From contig JBCBKF010000001.1 of assembly GCA_038522255.1 (NCBI GenBank), positions 1-63,173 of the forward strand: a DNA stretch of 63,173 nucleotides, written 5' to 3'. Origin of the DNA: Pseudomonadota bacterium. GTDB taxonomy: Bacteria > Pseudomonadota > Alphaproteobacteria > Sphingomonadales > Sphingomonadaceae. Shown here one piece after another: positions 39,558-49,350 of the stretch; within the stretch, counting starts at the first letter, position 1; the number at the start of each line of letters is the position of its first letter. Position numbers and translations under genes: made by a program. Below the pieces are notes generated by a model that searched no databases, had not been told where the DNA came from, and saw nothing but the letters and a program-made list of their open reading frames with translations.

Positions 39558-39998
39558 ATGAGCGCGTATTCCTTTAAGGACGTCACCGCGACGTTCGTTG
39601 GGCCGACTGGCGTTTTCTCGCTCGGCTATGGCTCGGCCAATGCCGAAGAGGGCATTGAGATTGTCATGAACGGCGACAAGAACACCATGACGGTCGGCGC
39701 TGATGGCGAGGTGATGCACAGCCTGCATGCCGACAAGTCGGGCACCGTGACTGTCCGACTGCTCAAGACCAGCCCACTCAACCAAAAGCTGATGGCGACC
39801 TATGACGCCCAGTCTATTTCGGGTTCGCTTTGGGGCAACAACATCATCACCATCTCGAACACGGCAGTCGGCGACCTACATGTCGCTCGATCGTGCGCGT
39901 TCAAGAAAAAGCCGGACATGAAGTATGCGAAGGACGGCGACATCATCGCTTGGACCTTCGATGCCGGCAAGGTTGACTCGGCTCTCGGCACGTACTGA
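39558..39998 (+). CDS. Tail tube protein (DUF3277-type)
   Basis: YSFKDV, VGADGE, LLKTSP. Confidence 0.85.
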   Translation: MSAYSFKDVTATFVGPTGVFSLGYGSANAEEGIEIVMNGDKNTMTVGADGEVMHSLHADKSGTVTVRLLKTSPLNQKLMATYDAQSISGSLWGNNIITISNTAVGDLHVARSCAFKKKPDMKYAKDGDIIAWTFDAGKVDSALGTY

Positions 39999-40006
39999 TC
40001 GGTCTT

Positions 40007-40089
40007 GCGTCGGCTCAGGGTAGCTCCCGAAAAGCGCCTGTCCAGCGCCTGCCGACGCTCCTTCACCGGACAAATCTCAAGGACACGAG
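40007..40089 (+). promoter_or_regulatory. Structured leader (three-way junction, possible pseudoknot) before the tail chaperone gene
   Basis: GCGTCGGC/GCCGACGC closing stem enclosing GGG-TAGCT-CCC and GCGC-CTGTCCA-GCGC; loop complementary to GGACA at 40068 and 40081. Confidence 0.5.
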
Positions 40090-40530
40090 ATGTCACTCGA
40101 ATTTGAAATTGCCGGCCATCGGTATCGGGCCGAAAAGCTGGATGCGTTCAAGCAACTCCATGTTTCGCGCAAGATCGCGCCGATCATCCCCAAGCTGTTG
40201 CCGATGTTCCTGAAGTTCTCGGAACGTGGCGATGCGGTGAAGGACGACTTGGCCGGTATGGCTGAGGCATTCGAGCCACTGGCCCAGGCGCTGGCAGATA
40301 TGTCGGATGTGGATTGCGAATACGTATTCAGCGCCTGCCTGGGCGTTGTATCGCGCAATCAACAGAACAACTGGGCGTCGGTCTGGAACGGCTCGCTGAT
40401 GTTCGATGACATCGACATCGGCGTGATGGTGCAGATCGCATCGAAAGTCATTTGGGACAGCCTCGGGCCTTTTATTCAAGGGCTCATCGCGAACCCAGCG
40501 GCGAGCCCGCAACCGGCATTGAATGGGTAA
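40090..40530 (+). CDS. Tail assembly chaperone
   Basis: KLDAFKQLHVSRKIAP; lies between tube and tape-measure genes. Confidence 0.85.
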   Translation: MSLEFEIAGHRYRAEKLDAFKQLHVSRKIAPIIPKLLPMFLKFSERGDAVKDDLAGMAEAFEPLAQALADMSDVDCEYVFSACLGVVSRNQQNNWASVWNGSLMFDDIDIGVMVQIASKVIWDSLGPFIQGLIANPAASPQPALNG

Positions 40531-40712
40531 GCCTGCCCGATGGGCTGGATTGGCTTTTGCGGCCGGTCGTCAAGGGCATGTGCCGGTACGAGTCCCTGAA
40601 GGACGGCTCGCTAGATTTGGCCGACATCGCGCTCATGAATGATGCGCTGGACGTGCTGGCAGTCAACACCCAATTAGCCCAACGACACAACGAGAATCAG
40701 CATGTCCGGTAA
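40452..40712 (+). CDS. Second chaperone ORF in the -1 frame (gpT-like; start uncertain)
   Basis: LPDGLDWLLRPV...SLKDGSLDLADIALMN. Confidence 0.65.
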   Translation: MGQPRAFYSRAHREPSGEPATGIEWVSLPDGLDWLLRPVVKGMCRYESLKDGSLDLADIALMNDALDVLAVNTQLAQRHNENQHVR

Positions 40713-42582
40713 CGTCGATACGATCCGCGAGTTCCTCGTCAAACTCGGGTTTAAGGTTGACGAGTCCGGCCAGAAAAAATTCATTGATGGCGTTTTCGGC
40801 GCCTCGCTGAAGGTCGCTGAACTCGGCGTTGCTGTGAAGACGGCTTCCACTGCGGTTGTGGCCAGTGTCACGGTCATTGCCAACCAGATGGAGGCGTTGT
40901 ATTTCGCCTCGCAGCGCACTGGCGCGGCAGTCGAGAACATCCAGGCGCTCGGATTCGCGGCGGCTCAAATGGGCTCGACGGCGGAGGCGGCTAAGGGCTC
41001 GCTTGAGAGCCTGGCGCGCTTCATGCGCACTAGCCCCGGGGCTTCCGGCCTGATCCAAAGCATCGGCGTTCAGACGCAGGACGCGAATGGTCGGCTGCGC
41101 GATACGACCGAGATTCTGTCGGATCTCGGCAAGCAGTTCGCCAACATGCCCTATTACCGGGCAAACGCCTATGCACAGGCGTTGGGGATCGATGAAAAGA
41201 CCCTGATGGCCCTGCGCGAAGGCATGGGCGAGTTCGGCGACGATTACAAAGACATGCTGGCGAAGGCTGGCCTGGACTCGCAAGAGGCCGCGAAGTCATC
41301 GCACGAGTTCATGGTTCAGATCCGGTCACTCGGGTCGGCATTCATGATTCTCAGCCAGAAGGTGGCTGCGTCTCTGTCCGGCAAGATGTCGGGAGACATC
41401 AAACGGTTCCGCGAGGCCCTTGTTGAAAACTTCGGCCGGATTGCGAACATCATCGGGAAGGTCGTTGAAGGGATTCTGACGCTTTCCGACATCATCAGCA
41501 CGCTCGCATTGCGAGGTATGCAGGCTATCGGCGCGGTGGTGGATTGGTTCAACGGGCTGGACGACACGACGAAAATCCTCATCGAAACGGCCGGCGGTCT
41601 TCTGGTTGCATGGAAACTGCTTAGTGCCGGATTTCTGGCAACGCCGATCGGCCGGCTTGTTGCGCTGGGCACGGCGATCCTTGCGCTCTATGACGACTAC
41701 AAGGTCTGGAAGGAAGGTGGCAAGAGCCTGATCGATTGGGGTGAGTGGGAGCCCGGCATCAAGGCGGCTGGCGAGGGAATCCGTTGGCTGAAGGATCTTC
41801 TCGGCGACATGATGTACCGAGCGATCGCTGCAGTTGATGCGGTCGATGCCATCTTCCATAAGGATTGGAAGCGCCTGAAATTCGCCGTGGGCGAATTCAT
41901 GAGCGGAAATGGCAAGAAGTACGGCTCAGATGATTCCGAACAACCGAGTGGCGCGGCGCCAACCCAGGCACCAGCCCCAGCGGTTTCACCTCGCGCCGCA
42001 CCGCCCGCATCACGCGGGTCTGCAAGCGATCCCCGCGGCATCCGCAACAACAACCCAGGCAATCTGAATTACGTCGGGCAGGCGGGAGCCACGAAAGAGG
42101 CGGGCCCGAATGGACGCTTCGCTGTGTTCCAGACGGCGGAAGAGGGCCTGCGCGCTCTGGCGGATCAGCTTCGCCGGTATGGCTCGCGCGGCATCAATTC
42201 TGTGCGCGCGATCATCTCGAAGTTTGCGCCAGCCAGCGAGAACAATACTCAGGCCTATATCGGCAGTGTGTCGAAGGGCCTTGGCATTGATGCGAATGCT
42301 GCGCTCGATCTGAGCGATCCGAAGGTGGTTCAGAGCCTGATGGGCGCAATCATTAAGGTCGAGAACGGCAAGAACCCTTATAGCGCGGAGCAGATCGCGG
42401 CTGCATCGGGTGTTCGTGCCAACGGCCAGCAAGGGCCTGGCGCTGCGCCAGTCGTGACCCAAACCACGACCATCCACGTGTCGGGCTCTGGAGATCCGCA
42501 AGCAACGGCCCAAGCTGTCGCGCAAGCTCAGTCGGGCGTGAATCAGCGCCTTGTGCGTAACATGAAAATGGCGGCGCAATGA
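40702..42582 (+). CDS. Tape measure protein with a C-terminal lytic-transglycosylase-like domain
   Basis: IREFLVKLGF helical N-terminus; RGIRNNNPGNL...ENNTQAYI. Confidence 0.88.
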   Translation: MSGNVDTIREFLVKLGFKVDESGQKKFIDGVFGASLKVAELGVAVKTASTAVVASVTVIANQMEALYFASQRTGAAVENIQALGFAAAQMGSTAEAAKGSLESLARFMRTSPGASGLIQSIGVQTQDANGRLRDTTEILSDLGKQFANMPYYRANAYAQALGIDEKTLMALREGMGEFGDDYKDMLAKAGLDSQEAAKSSHEFMVQIRSLGSAFMILSQKVAASLSGKMSGDIKRFREALVENFGRIANIIGKVVEGILTLSDIISTLALRGMQAIGAVVDWFNGLDDTTKILIETAGGLLVAWKLLSAGFLATPIGRLVALGTAILALYDDYKVWKEGGKSLIDWGEWEPGIKAAGEGIRWLKDLLGDMMYRAIAAVDAVDAIFHKDWKRLKFAVGEFMSGNGKKYGSDDSEQPSGAAPTQAPAPAVSPRAAPPASRGSASDPRGIRNNNPGNLNYVGQAGATKEAGPNGRFAVFQTAEEGLRALADQLRRYGSRGINSVRAIISKFAPASENNTQAYIGSVSKGLGIDANAALDLSDPKVVQSLMGAIIKVENGKNPYSAEQIAAASGVRANGQQGPGAAPVVTQTTTIHVSGSGDPQATAQAVAQAQSGVNQRLVRNMKMAAQ

Positions 42583-43202
42583 GTGGCTTTCTGCAAACCG
42601 GCATTGCGATCGGGGCATCGATCGGCGGTGAACTCATCAGCGCCTTTTTCAGCCCGAAGCGATCCATCAATTCTCAGCTCGGCTCGTTTCATCTGTACGT
42701 GACCATTGAAGAGCGGCATCACGACGAACTGGTGATTACTGATCACCCGGTCGAGCAGGGCGCTGCCATCACTGATCACTCATACAAGAAGCCCGCCGAG
42801 CTGACGATAACTATCGGGTGGTCGAATAGCAACCTCGCTTCAATCGCATCGCTTCAATTCGGCAATTACTCGCGCAGCACGTACAACGATCTGTTGACGC
42901 TTCAGAAGTCTCGCATCCCATTCAATATTTCGACCGGGAAACGGAAGTACAGCAACATGCTGATCCAGTCGTTGAGCACGACGACGGATGCGAAGACGGA
43001 AAACTCGCTGATCGTCACGCTGAACTGTCGTGAGGTCATCATCGTCCAGACGACGACCACGCAGTTGCAGCCGGCGGCGAATATGACCAATCCGCAAAAG
43101 ACCGCAGCGACCGCTAATACCGGAACGAAGACGCCTCAGACGACGGCGAGTAGCTTGCTGTTCCGTGGCGCATCTGCGGTCACATCATTCTTCAACCACT
43201 GA
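42579..43202 (+). CDS. Baseplate/tube initiator (Dit-like)
   Basis: ITDHPVEQGAAITDH. Confidence 0.8.
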   Translation: MSGFLQTGIAIGASIGGELISAFFSPKRSINSQLGSFHLYVTIEERHHDELVITDHPVEQGAAITDHSYKKPAELTITIGWSNSNLASIASLQFGNYSRSTYNDLLTLQKSRIPFNISTGKRKYSNMLIQSLSTTTDAKTENSLIVTLNCREVIIVQTTTTQLQPAANMTNPQKTAATANTGTKTPQTTASSLLFRGASAVTSFFNH

Positions 43203-43510
43203 TGCAGACATTTGAGATACCGCTCACGCCTGCATCGCAGACGTTCTTCGTCTCTGTGCGTGGGGTGCAGTATTCCTTCACGCTGCAATGGCGGGACACG
43301 ACGAATGGCGGCTGGGTGCTGGATATCGCGGATGCGAATGGAAATCCGCTAGTGAGCGGCATCCCATTGGTGACAGGCGTGGATCTTCTCGCGCAATACA
43401 ACTACATGGGGTTCGGCTTCGAGTTGTGGGTGCAGACGGACGCCGCTGATGCGCCGCCAACCTATACGAATCTCGGGCTGACATCCCACCTGTACGTGGT
43501 GACGCCTTAG
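43202..43510 (+). CDS. Small baseplate protein
   Basis: GIPLVTGVDLLAQY. Confidence 0.8.
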   Translation: MQTFEIPLTPASQTFFVSVRGVQYSFTLQWRDTTNGGWVLDIADANGNPLVSGIPLVTGVDLLAQYNYMGFGFELWVQTDAADAPPTYTNLGLTSHLYVVTP

Positions 43511-43860
43511 TAGTTTCGAAGTCCAGGCCGCGTGCGGGCAATCCGCATGCAAGCCGCCCAGGCGTGGAAATCATTTGAGTAGTTGAAGCCGCTCTCGGCT
43601 TTGCAGGTATCCCACATCTGCGCGGAGATCGTGTCGTCCTTGCCAAGCGCGGCGACCTCATCGATGCCGGCCATGACGCCATTGATGCAGGCCATCTGAA
43701 GAGATGGCCGATTTTCGGCGACGGCTAGGTCAGTGCAACGCAGTTTCCACGCCTTTATGACGGCGAAATATTCGGCATCCGGCATGTTCTTTTCCTGCGC
43801 GAGTGACGCAGTAGACGCAGCGACGCAAAGTGCTGCGCCGACGAGTTTCAGTGCATTCAT
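43507..43860 (-). CDS. Antisense moron: small exported Cys-containing protein
   Basis: Signal peptide ending ASLA; four Cys in the mature part; AGGGG RBS. Confidence 0.7.
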   Translation of the reverse strand: MNALKLVGAALCVAASTASLAQEKNMPDAEYFAVIKAWKLRCTDLAVAENRPSLQMACINGVMAGIDEVAALGKDDTISAQMWDTCKAESGFNYSNDFHAWAACMRIARTRPGLRNY

Positions 43861-43883
43861 TTTGCCCCTTTAGTTGACAGAGC

Positions 43884-44810
43884 ATGACCGCACAATATCT
43901 ACGCAAAGTCAATCTTATCGTGGGGAATGCCAGCGGGAAAGGCCTGGACCTGTCTGATCTGCACATCAAATTCACGGTGTGGAGTGCCACAACCCAGAGT
44001 CCGAAGCATACGAATATCCGCGTCTACAACGTCTCGGATGCAACGGCAAAAAGCATTCAGAAGGAATTCCAGCAGGTTTTCTTGCAGGCTGGATACGGGG
44101 ATAACTTCGGGCAGATTTTCAGCGGGTCGATCAAGCAAGTCAGAAAAGGCCGCGAGAACGCGACCGACACATTCATCGACATCATCGCCGCCGATGGTGA
44201 CGAGGCGTATGGATGGGCCGTTGTGAACACAACGCTCGCGGCCGGCTGGAGCCAGTCCGATTATCACAACGCATTACTTCAGCCGATGGCGATATTCGGT
44301 GTCAACGCCGGCTACACGCCGAAGTTTTCGGCAACAAAGCTCCCGCGCGGTAAGGTCTGCTATGGAATGGCCCGCGATTACATGCGCGACCTAGCAAGCG
44401 CATCCGGTACACATTGGAGTGTGCAGGACGGCCGGCTTTGCATGATCCCGATTAGCGGCTATCTGCCTGGCACGACCGTTGTACTGACCTCGGATACCGG
44501 CATGGTCGGCATGCCAACGCAAACAGTCGACGGGATCATCGTCAAGTGCCTGCTCAACCCGAACATCAGGCCGGGCAGTCGAATCCAGATCAATAACGCG
44601 AGCATCCAGCAGGCGCAGTTGAGCGTCGATTACACGGCGACGAACTATTTCCCAAGTCTCGATGACGATGGGTTCTACAAGGTCTACGCGATGACCCAGA
44701 CGGGCGACACGCGGGGGCCGAATTTCTACACCGAGATGATCTGTGCGGGCGTGAATGGCACGGCACCACTGACATCGACCTACACAAACGCAGTGGCAAG
44801 CGGGAGCTGA
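43884..44810 (+). CDS. Baseplate hub protein
   Basis: IRVYNVS, LQAGY, WSVQDG, TGMVGMP, CLLNP. Confidence 0.85.
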   Translation: MTAQYLRKVNLIVGNASGKGLDLSDLHIKFTVWSATTQSPKHTNIRVYNVSDATAKSIQKEFQQVFLQAGYGDNFGQIFSGSIKQVRKGRENATDTFIDIIAADGDEAYGWAVVNTTLAAGWSQSDYHNALLQPMAIFGVNAGYTPKFSATKLPRGKVCYGMARDYMRDLASASGTHWSVQDGRLCMIPISGYLPGTTVVLTSDTGMVGMPTQTVDGIIVKCLLNPNIRPGSRIQINNASIQQAQLSVDYTATNYFPSLDDDGFYKVYAMTQTGDTRGPNFYTEMICAGVNGTAPLTSTYTNAVASGS

Positions 44811-44811
44811 T

Positions 44812-45528
44812 TTGGACCCGAGGGAACGATACGACGACCCGGAAGAAGCCCTGCGTGTTGCGATGGATGGCCTCCAGTCCGGCATATGGACTGCGATGCC
44901 GGGGATTATCCAGTCGTTCAATGCTTCGGCGGTGACGGCAACGGTGCAGATCGCTATCAAAGGCGTTGTGCACACACCGGATGGTAAGGCGCAGTTCGCC
45001 AACATGCCCCTGCTGGTGGATGTGCCGGTGCACTTTCCCCGCGGCGGCAATTGTACGCTGACGTTTCCAGTAGCGAAGGGCGATGAATGCTTGGTGGTAT
45101 TCGCTGCGCGTTGCATTGATGGATGGTGGCAATCCGGGGGTGTGCAGGCTCCGATGGAGTCGCGCATTCACGACTTGTCGGATGGGTTCGCCTTCGTTGG
45201 GTTCTTCTCGCAGGCCACAAAGATCAGCGGCATCAGCACGAGCACAGCCCAGCTTCGCAGCAACGACGGTTCGACGTACGTTGAGGTAGACCCAACTGGA
45301 AAGATCGTCAATGTCGTGGCCCCTGGTGGAATGAATCTCACGACGCCAACGGTGACGATCAGCGGTGTCATCAATGTGCAGAACGTCAACAGCGCGCCTA
45401 CTGCTATGTCGATTAGCGGCAATACCAATTTTACCGGCCAGGTATCGGCAAACGGGCATCGCATCGACGAAACGCACCGCCATACCGGCGTTACGACTGG
45501 CACTGGAAATACTGGAACACCGCTATGA
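44812..45528 (+). CDS. Baseplate spike (Gp138-like)
   Basis: AMPGIIQ, GDECLVVFA...CIDGW, RIHDLSD, C-terminal HRH. Confidence 0.88.
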   Translation: MDPRERYDDPEEALRVAMDGLQSGIWTAMPGIIQSFNASAVTATVQIAIKGVVHTPDGKAQFANMPLLVDVPVHFPRGGNCTLTFPVAKGDECLVVFAARCIDGWWQSGGVQAPMESRIHDLSDGFAFVGFFSQATKISGISTSTAQLRSNDGSTYVEVDPTGKIVNVVAPGGMNLTTPTVTISGVINVQNVNSAPTAMSISGNTNFTGQVSANGHRIDETHRHTGVTTGTGNTGTPL

Positions 45529-45881
45529 GGGTACGCAAACAAGACCCCGCGACGGGGGACTACATCTGGGGCCATCAGCAAAACGACTTCTGGCTGAATG
45601 CCCCGGATGGTGTCGCTCAAGCCGTTCTTACGCGCCTTCGGTTGTTCGTTGGCGAGTGGTTTCTCGATGTGACGGACGGCACGCCGTGGACCACGCAAGT
45701 CCTCGACAAGTACACGCAAGACCAGTACGACGCAGCGATCCGGGATCGCATTCTTAGTACACCTGGGGTCGTTCAGATTTCGGCCTATTCCAGTTCTGTC
45801 AACACGGCCACACGCACGCTGACAGTCACGGCGACGATTAATACGCAGTACGGCACCACGACCCTTTCGACAACGATATGA
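45525..45881 (+). CDS. Baseplate wedge (gp25/W-like)
   Basis: AQAVLTRLRLFVGEWFLD. Confidence 0.85.
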   Translation: MRVRKQDPATGDYIWGHQQNDFWLNAPDGVAQAVLTRLRLFVGEWFLDVTDGTPWTTQVLDKYTQDQYDAAIRDRILSTPGVVQISAYSSSVNTATRTLTVTATINTQYGTTTLSTTI

Positions 45882-47065
45882 CCATTACAACTGTTGCGCC
45901 GGTCATCAGTTCGACCGGGATTACTGCGCCGGCTTACTCGGATGTCATCGCGTACCTGATTGCAAAATATCAGGGCATCTATGGGTCAGATGTCTATCTG
46001 GGCGCGGACTCGCAGGACTATCAGTTCCTTGCTATCCAAGCGTCAGCGATCAATGATCTGAACGCTGCAATCATTGCCGGGTACAACGGCTTCTCGCCTG
46101 CCACCGCGCAGAACGCCAACCTGTCGAGCGTCGTCAAGATCAACGGATTGGCGCGAAATGTCCCGACCAACTCGACGGTCGATCAGGTTATCGGCGGCAC
46201 TGTCGGAACCGTCATCACGAACGGCGTGACGCAGGACGGGAACGGCAATAAGTGGAACCTGCCGGCGACGGTAACGATTCCTGCGGCCGGCACGATCACG
46301 GTGACGGCAACATGTCAGACGGCGGGCGCGGTTCAGGCGGGCATCGGCACGGTCAATCAGATCGCCACGCCAACCCTCGGCTGGCAATCTGTGACGAACG
46401 CGACCGCGGCTGCGGCCGGCGCTGCGGTGGAGACGGATTCGCAGCTCAAGGCTCGGCAAGCGGTGTCGACTGCGTTGCCATCACGCACAGTGCTGGAAGG
46501 CACCGTCGGCGCAGTGTGGGCGGTGCCCGGCGTCACGCGCATCACTCCATACGAGAACGACACCAGCACGACAGATGCAAACGGCATCCCCGGCAACAAG
46601 ATCTATCTGGTGGTGGAGGGCGGTGATTCGACGGCCATTGCAAACGCGATTGCCTCGAAGAAAACACCCGGTACCGGCACCTACGGCACGACGACGATCA
46701 CTGTGACGGATGCGTATGGCATCCCGCACCCGATCAATTTCTATCGCCCGACGTACGACGCGATCACATGCGCCATCACGCTGAAGGCTTTGGCCGGCTA
46801 CACATCGGCCATCGGCACGGCGATTCAGAATGCGGTGGCCGCATACGTCAACGCAGTTGCGATCGGTGGCGCCCCTGGCGGCACGGTTGAGTGGGATTCG
46901 GCGATGGCGGCAGCAAAGGCAGTTCCCGGAAACAACACGTTCCGCATCACGTCTTTCTCGCTGAACGGACCGGGCGGCGCCGGAACGCCTGACGTTCCGC
47001 TGGCATTCAATCACGCGGGCCAGATGCTCACGCCATCTTCTAGCGTAACAATCACGGTGACGTAA
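45878..47065 (+). CDS. Baseplate J-like protein
   Basis: ETDSQLKAR, YENDT; position. Confidence 0.9.
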   Translation: MTITTVAPVISSTGITAPAYSDVIAYLIAKYQGIYGSDVYLGADSQDYQFLAIQASAINDLNAAIIAGYNGFSPATAQNANLSSVVKINGLARNVPTNSTVDQVIGGTVGTVITNGVTQDGNGNKWNLPATVTIPAAGTITVTATCQTAGAVQAGIGTVNQIATPTLGWQSVTNATAAAAGAAVETDSQLKARQAVSTALPSRTVLEGTVGAVWAVPGVTRITPYENDTSTTDANGIPGNKIYLVVEGGDSTAIANAIASKKTPGTGTYGTTTITVTDAYGIPHPINFYRPTYDAITCAITLKALAGYTSAIGTAIQNAVAAYVNAVAIGGAPGGTVEWDSAMAAAKAVPGNNTFRITSFSLNGPGGAGTPDVPLAFNHAGQMLTPSSSVTITVT

Positions 47066-47727
47066 TGGCGCAAAGCTCTGATTACACCGGGCTTATCACG
47101 TCGGAGCACAGTTCCAAGCCGCGCTATTCGGCAATGGTTGCGGCGATTGCCCAGTGCTTCGTCGACCAGATCAATGTTATGCAGTCGATCCCGACTGCGT
47201 TCGATCTGGACCAAGCGATCGGCGTACAGCTTGATGCGGTTGGCCTCTGGGCGGGCATTACGCGCCAGGTCAAGACCCCGCTCAGCGTCTATTTCTCGCT
47301 GGACACGGCCAATCTCGGATTCGATCAAGGATCGTGGCAAGGACCGTTTGATCCGAGCGCTGGCCTAGTGTCGTTGGATGATGCGACGTTCCGCACGCTG
47401 ATCCGAGCAAAGATCGCGGCGAACAGATGGGATGGGACCGTTCCGGGTGCGGCTGCCGCCTACGCAAATTTGTTTGCTGGGTCTGGGAGCCAGATTTTCA
47501 TTCAGGACAACGGCGACATGACCATGACGGTCGGTATCTCGGGGGTCATCCCGAGCGCCGTCACGCGAGCGTTGATCTCTGGCGGATATCTGCACCTGAA
47601 GCCAGAAGGCGTCCACGTCAACTACTACTTTGTCGCCTCGGCGAACAACACGCCGCTCTTTGGCCTTGACGTCGAAAATTCCTACATCTCAGGATTCGAC
47701 GTCGGTTCTTGGGCCGTAGCCGCATAA
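47065..47727 (+). CDS. DUF2612-type baseplate protein
   Basis: FDLDQAIGVQLDAVG, WDGT, IQDNGDM. Confidence 0.88.
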   Translation: MAQSSDYTGLITSEHSSKPRYSAMVAAIAQCFVDQINVMQSIPTAFDLDQAIGVQLDAVGLWAGITRQVKTPLSVYFSLDTANLGFDQGSWQGPFDPSAGLVSLDDATFRTLIRAKIAANRWDGTVPGAAAAYANLFAGSGSQIFIQDNGDMTMTVGISGVIPSAVTRALISGGYLHLKPEGVHVNYYFVASANNTPLFGLDVENSYISGFDVGSWAVAA

Positions 47728-47745
47728 CCCTTTCCGCTTCCAATC

Positions 47746-47772
47746 AAGCCGCCTTCGGGCGGCTTTTTTATT
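47746..47772 (+). terminator. Rho-independent terminator
   Basis: AAGCCGCC-TTCG-GGCGGCTTTTTTATT. Confidence 0.75.
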
Positions 47773-47781
47773 GGGCTTTCA

Positions 47782-49149
47782 ATGGCAACGAATGATTTTC
47801 TCCCGTTCGCGTACGGCGGCGGCGCAAACGTCCTTTCCCAATCCGCATACGCTGCGCTCACGACGCTTCTGTCTGGCGGCTATCAATCGGGCGTCGCCAA
47901 CTCGGCGCAGATGAACAAGACGTGGCGGCAGAGTTCGATCATGGCGGCCGTGCTGGGTCAGTTCGCCGCAGACTATTCGGGCAACAACTCGACCGATGAC
48001 GGCACGACGGCGACGCTCGAGGCGAACATCGTCACGGCGATCCGCAACGCGACGAAGACGACCGTCACGCTGACGGACACGGGAACGGCGAACGCTTATG
48101 CGGCAGCCAATACGCCGCCTCTGGTCGCGGGTACGTGGGTCAACAACGTCGTTCAACAGGTCAAGATCCTGAACGCAAACACTGGCGCATCGACCTATGC
48201 GCCCGATGGTCTGACTGCCATCCCCATCTATGGGCTCGGCCTACAGCCGCTGCAGGGTGGGGAACTCTATGCGGGCGGCACCGCAATCCTGATGAAGCAG
48301 ACGATTACCGGCATCAATTCCGGCAATCCGATCGCCGTGCTCATGGAATGCGCAGGTGGAGCACAGCAAGTCTCCCCCGCCACGCAGAGCCAGCATGCGG
48401 CGCAGCTTGGGCAGGTGGCTGGCGTTATTGGCTCGGCTCGCAACCTGAAGATGTCCGTGACGGCGGCTTCGGCTTCCGCGACTATGACGGCCGATGAGAT
48501 CGTCGTCGAAACCGCGCTGGGTGGCCTACGCTACTGCCTCGCATCGTTCAACAAGACGATCAACCTGGCTACGACTGGTGCGGGTGGGATGGATACCGGC
48601 TCGGCTCCAGTATCGGGCTATGTGGCGCTGTATGCGATCTACAACCCGACGACACAGACGGCTGCGCTCCTAGCCACCAATGCGGCAACGCTGCAGGGGA
48701 ACGTGTATGGTGGGGCGAATATGCCGGCTGGGTACACGGCGAGCGCGCTGGTGTCGGTTTGGGCGACGAACGGGAGTTCGCAGTTCAAGATCGGGGCGCA
48801 GCGAGATCGATGGGTTTCGTTCCCCACTATTATGGCATTCAATTCAAGCACCGCTCAGGCTAGTGCTGCCCCTATCTCAATTGCGACGGCTGCTCCGCTT
48901 AATGCGACATCCGTTCGCGGATCAACCAACGTTACGACCTCGGCAACGGCTTTGGTCACACTCAATCTGAGTTCCGACGCCAACAATACCGGCCTGCAGG
49001 CATTCAGCTATGGCATCTCGTCGGCAAGCCTTGGATATTCGAGCAACTATGCGATTGATTTGATTGCCGCGCAGACCCTTTATTGGGTGTCAACGGCTGC
49101 ATCAGGTACGCCCACATATCAGGTGTACGTGAGCGCGTATCAGTTCTAA
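47782..49149 (+). CDS. Tail fibre protein
   Basis: MATNDFLPFA...ANVLSQ...NKTWRQ N-terminus typical of these myoviruses. Confidence 0.85.
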   Translation: MATNDFLPFAYGGGANVLSQSAYAALTTLLSGGYQSGVANSAQMNKTWRQSSIMAAVLGQFAADYSGNNSTDDGTTATLEANIVTAIRNATKTTVTLTDTGTANAYAAANTPPLVAGTWVNNVVQQVKILNANTGASTYAPDGLTAIPIYGLGLQPLQGGELYAGGTAILMKQTITGINSGNPIAVLMECAGGAQQVSPATQSQHAAQLGQVAGVIGSARNLKMSVTAASASATMTADEIVVETALGGLRYCLASFNKTINLATTGAGGMDTGSAPVSGYVALYAIYNPTTQTAALLATNAATLQGNVYGGANMPAGYTASALVSVWATNGSSQFKIGAQRDRWVSFPTIMAFNSSTAQASAAPISIATAAPLNATSVRGSTNVTTSATALVTLNLSSDANNTGLQAFSYGISSASLGYSSNYAIDLIAAQTLYWVSTAASGTPTYQVYVSAYQF

Positions 49150-49161
49150 GAGGGCGATGAA

Positions 49162-49347
49162 ATGACGATGATTAATGTCCAGTTCACCGATTCGAAACAA
49201 ACAGCGATCTGCGCATATTTCGGCGCGCCGCAGGATCTGACGGCCTATCCAAATCAGGGCACTATTGACACCTCTGACGCACGTTATGCTGCCTACTGCA
49301 ATAGTCTGCCAGCGCAATTTAGACAGGCGCTGCCGGCGCCCGTCTGA
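49162..49347 (+). CDS. Tail fibre assembly chaperone-like protein
   Basis: VQFTDS...YF...PQD...YPN; directly after the fibre gene. Confidence 0.65.
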   Translation: MTMINVQFTDSKQTAICAYFGAPQDLTAYPNQGTIDTSDARYAAYCNSLPAQFRQALPAPV

Positions 49348-49350
49348 TGC

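Noticed and set aside
47782-49347. Tail-fibre diversification by DGR or invertase/shufflon
   Set aside because: No reverse transcriptase, template repeat, alternative fibre C-termini or inversion repeats were seen
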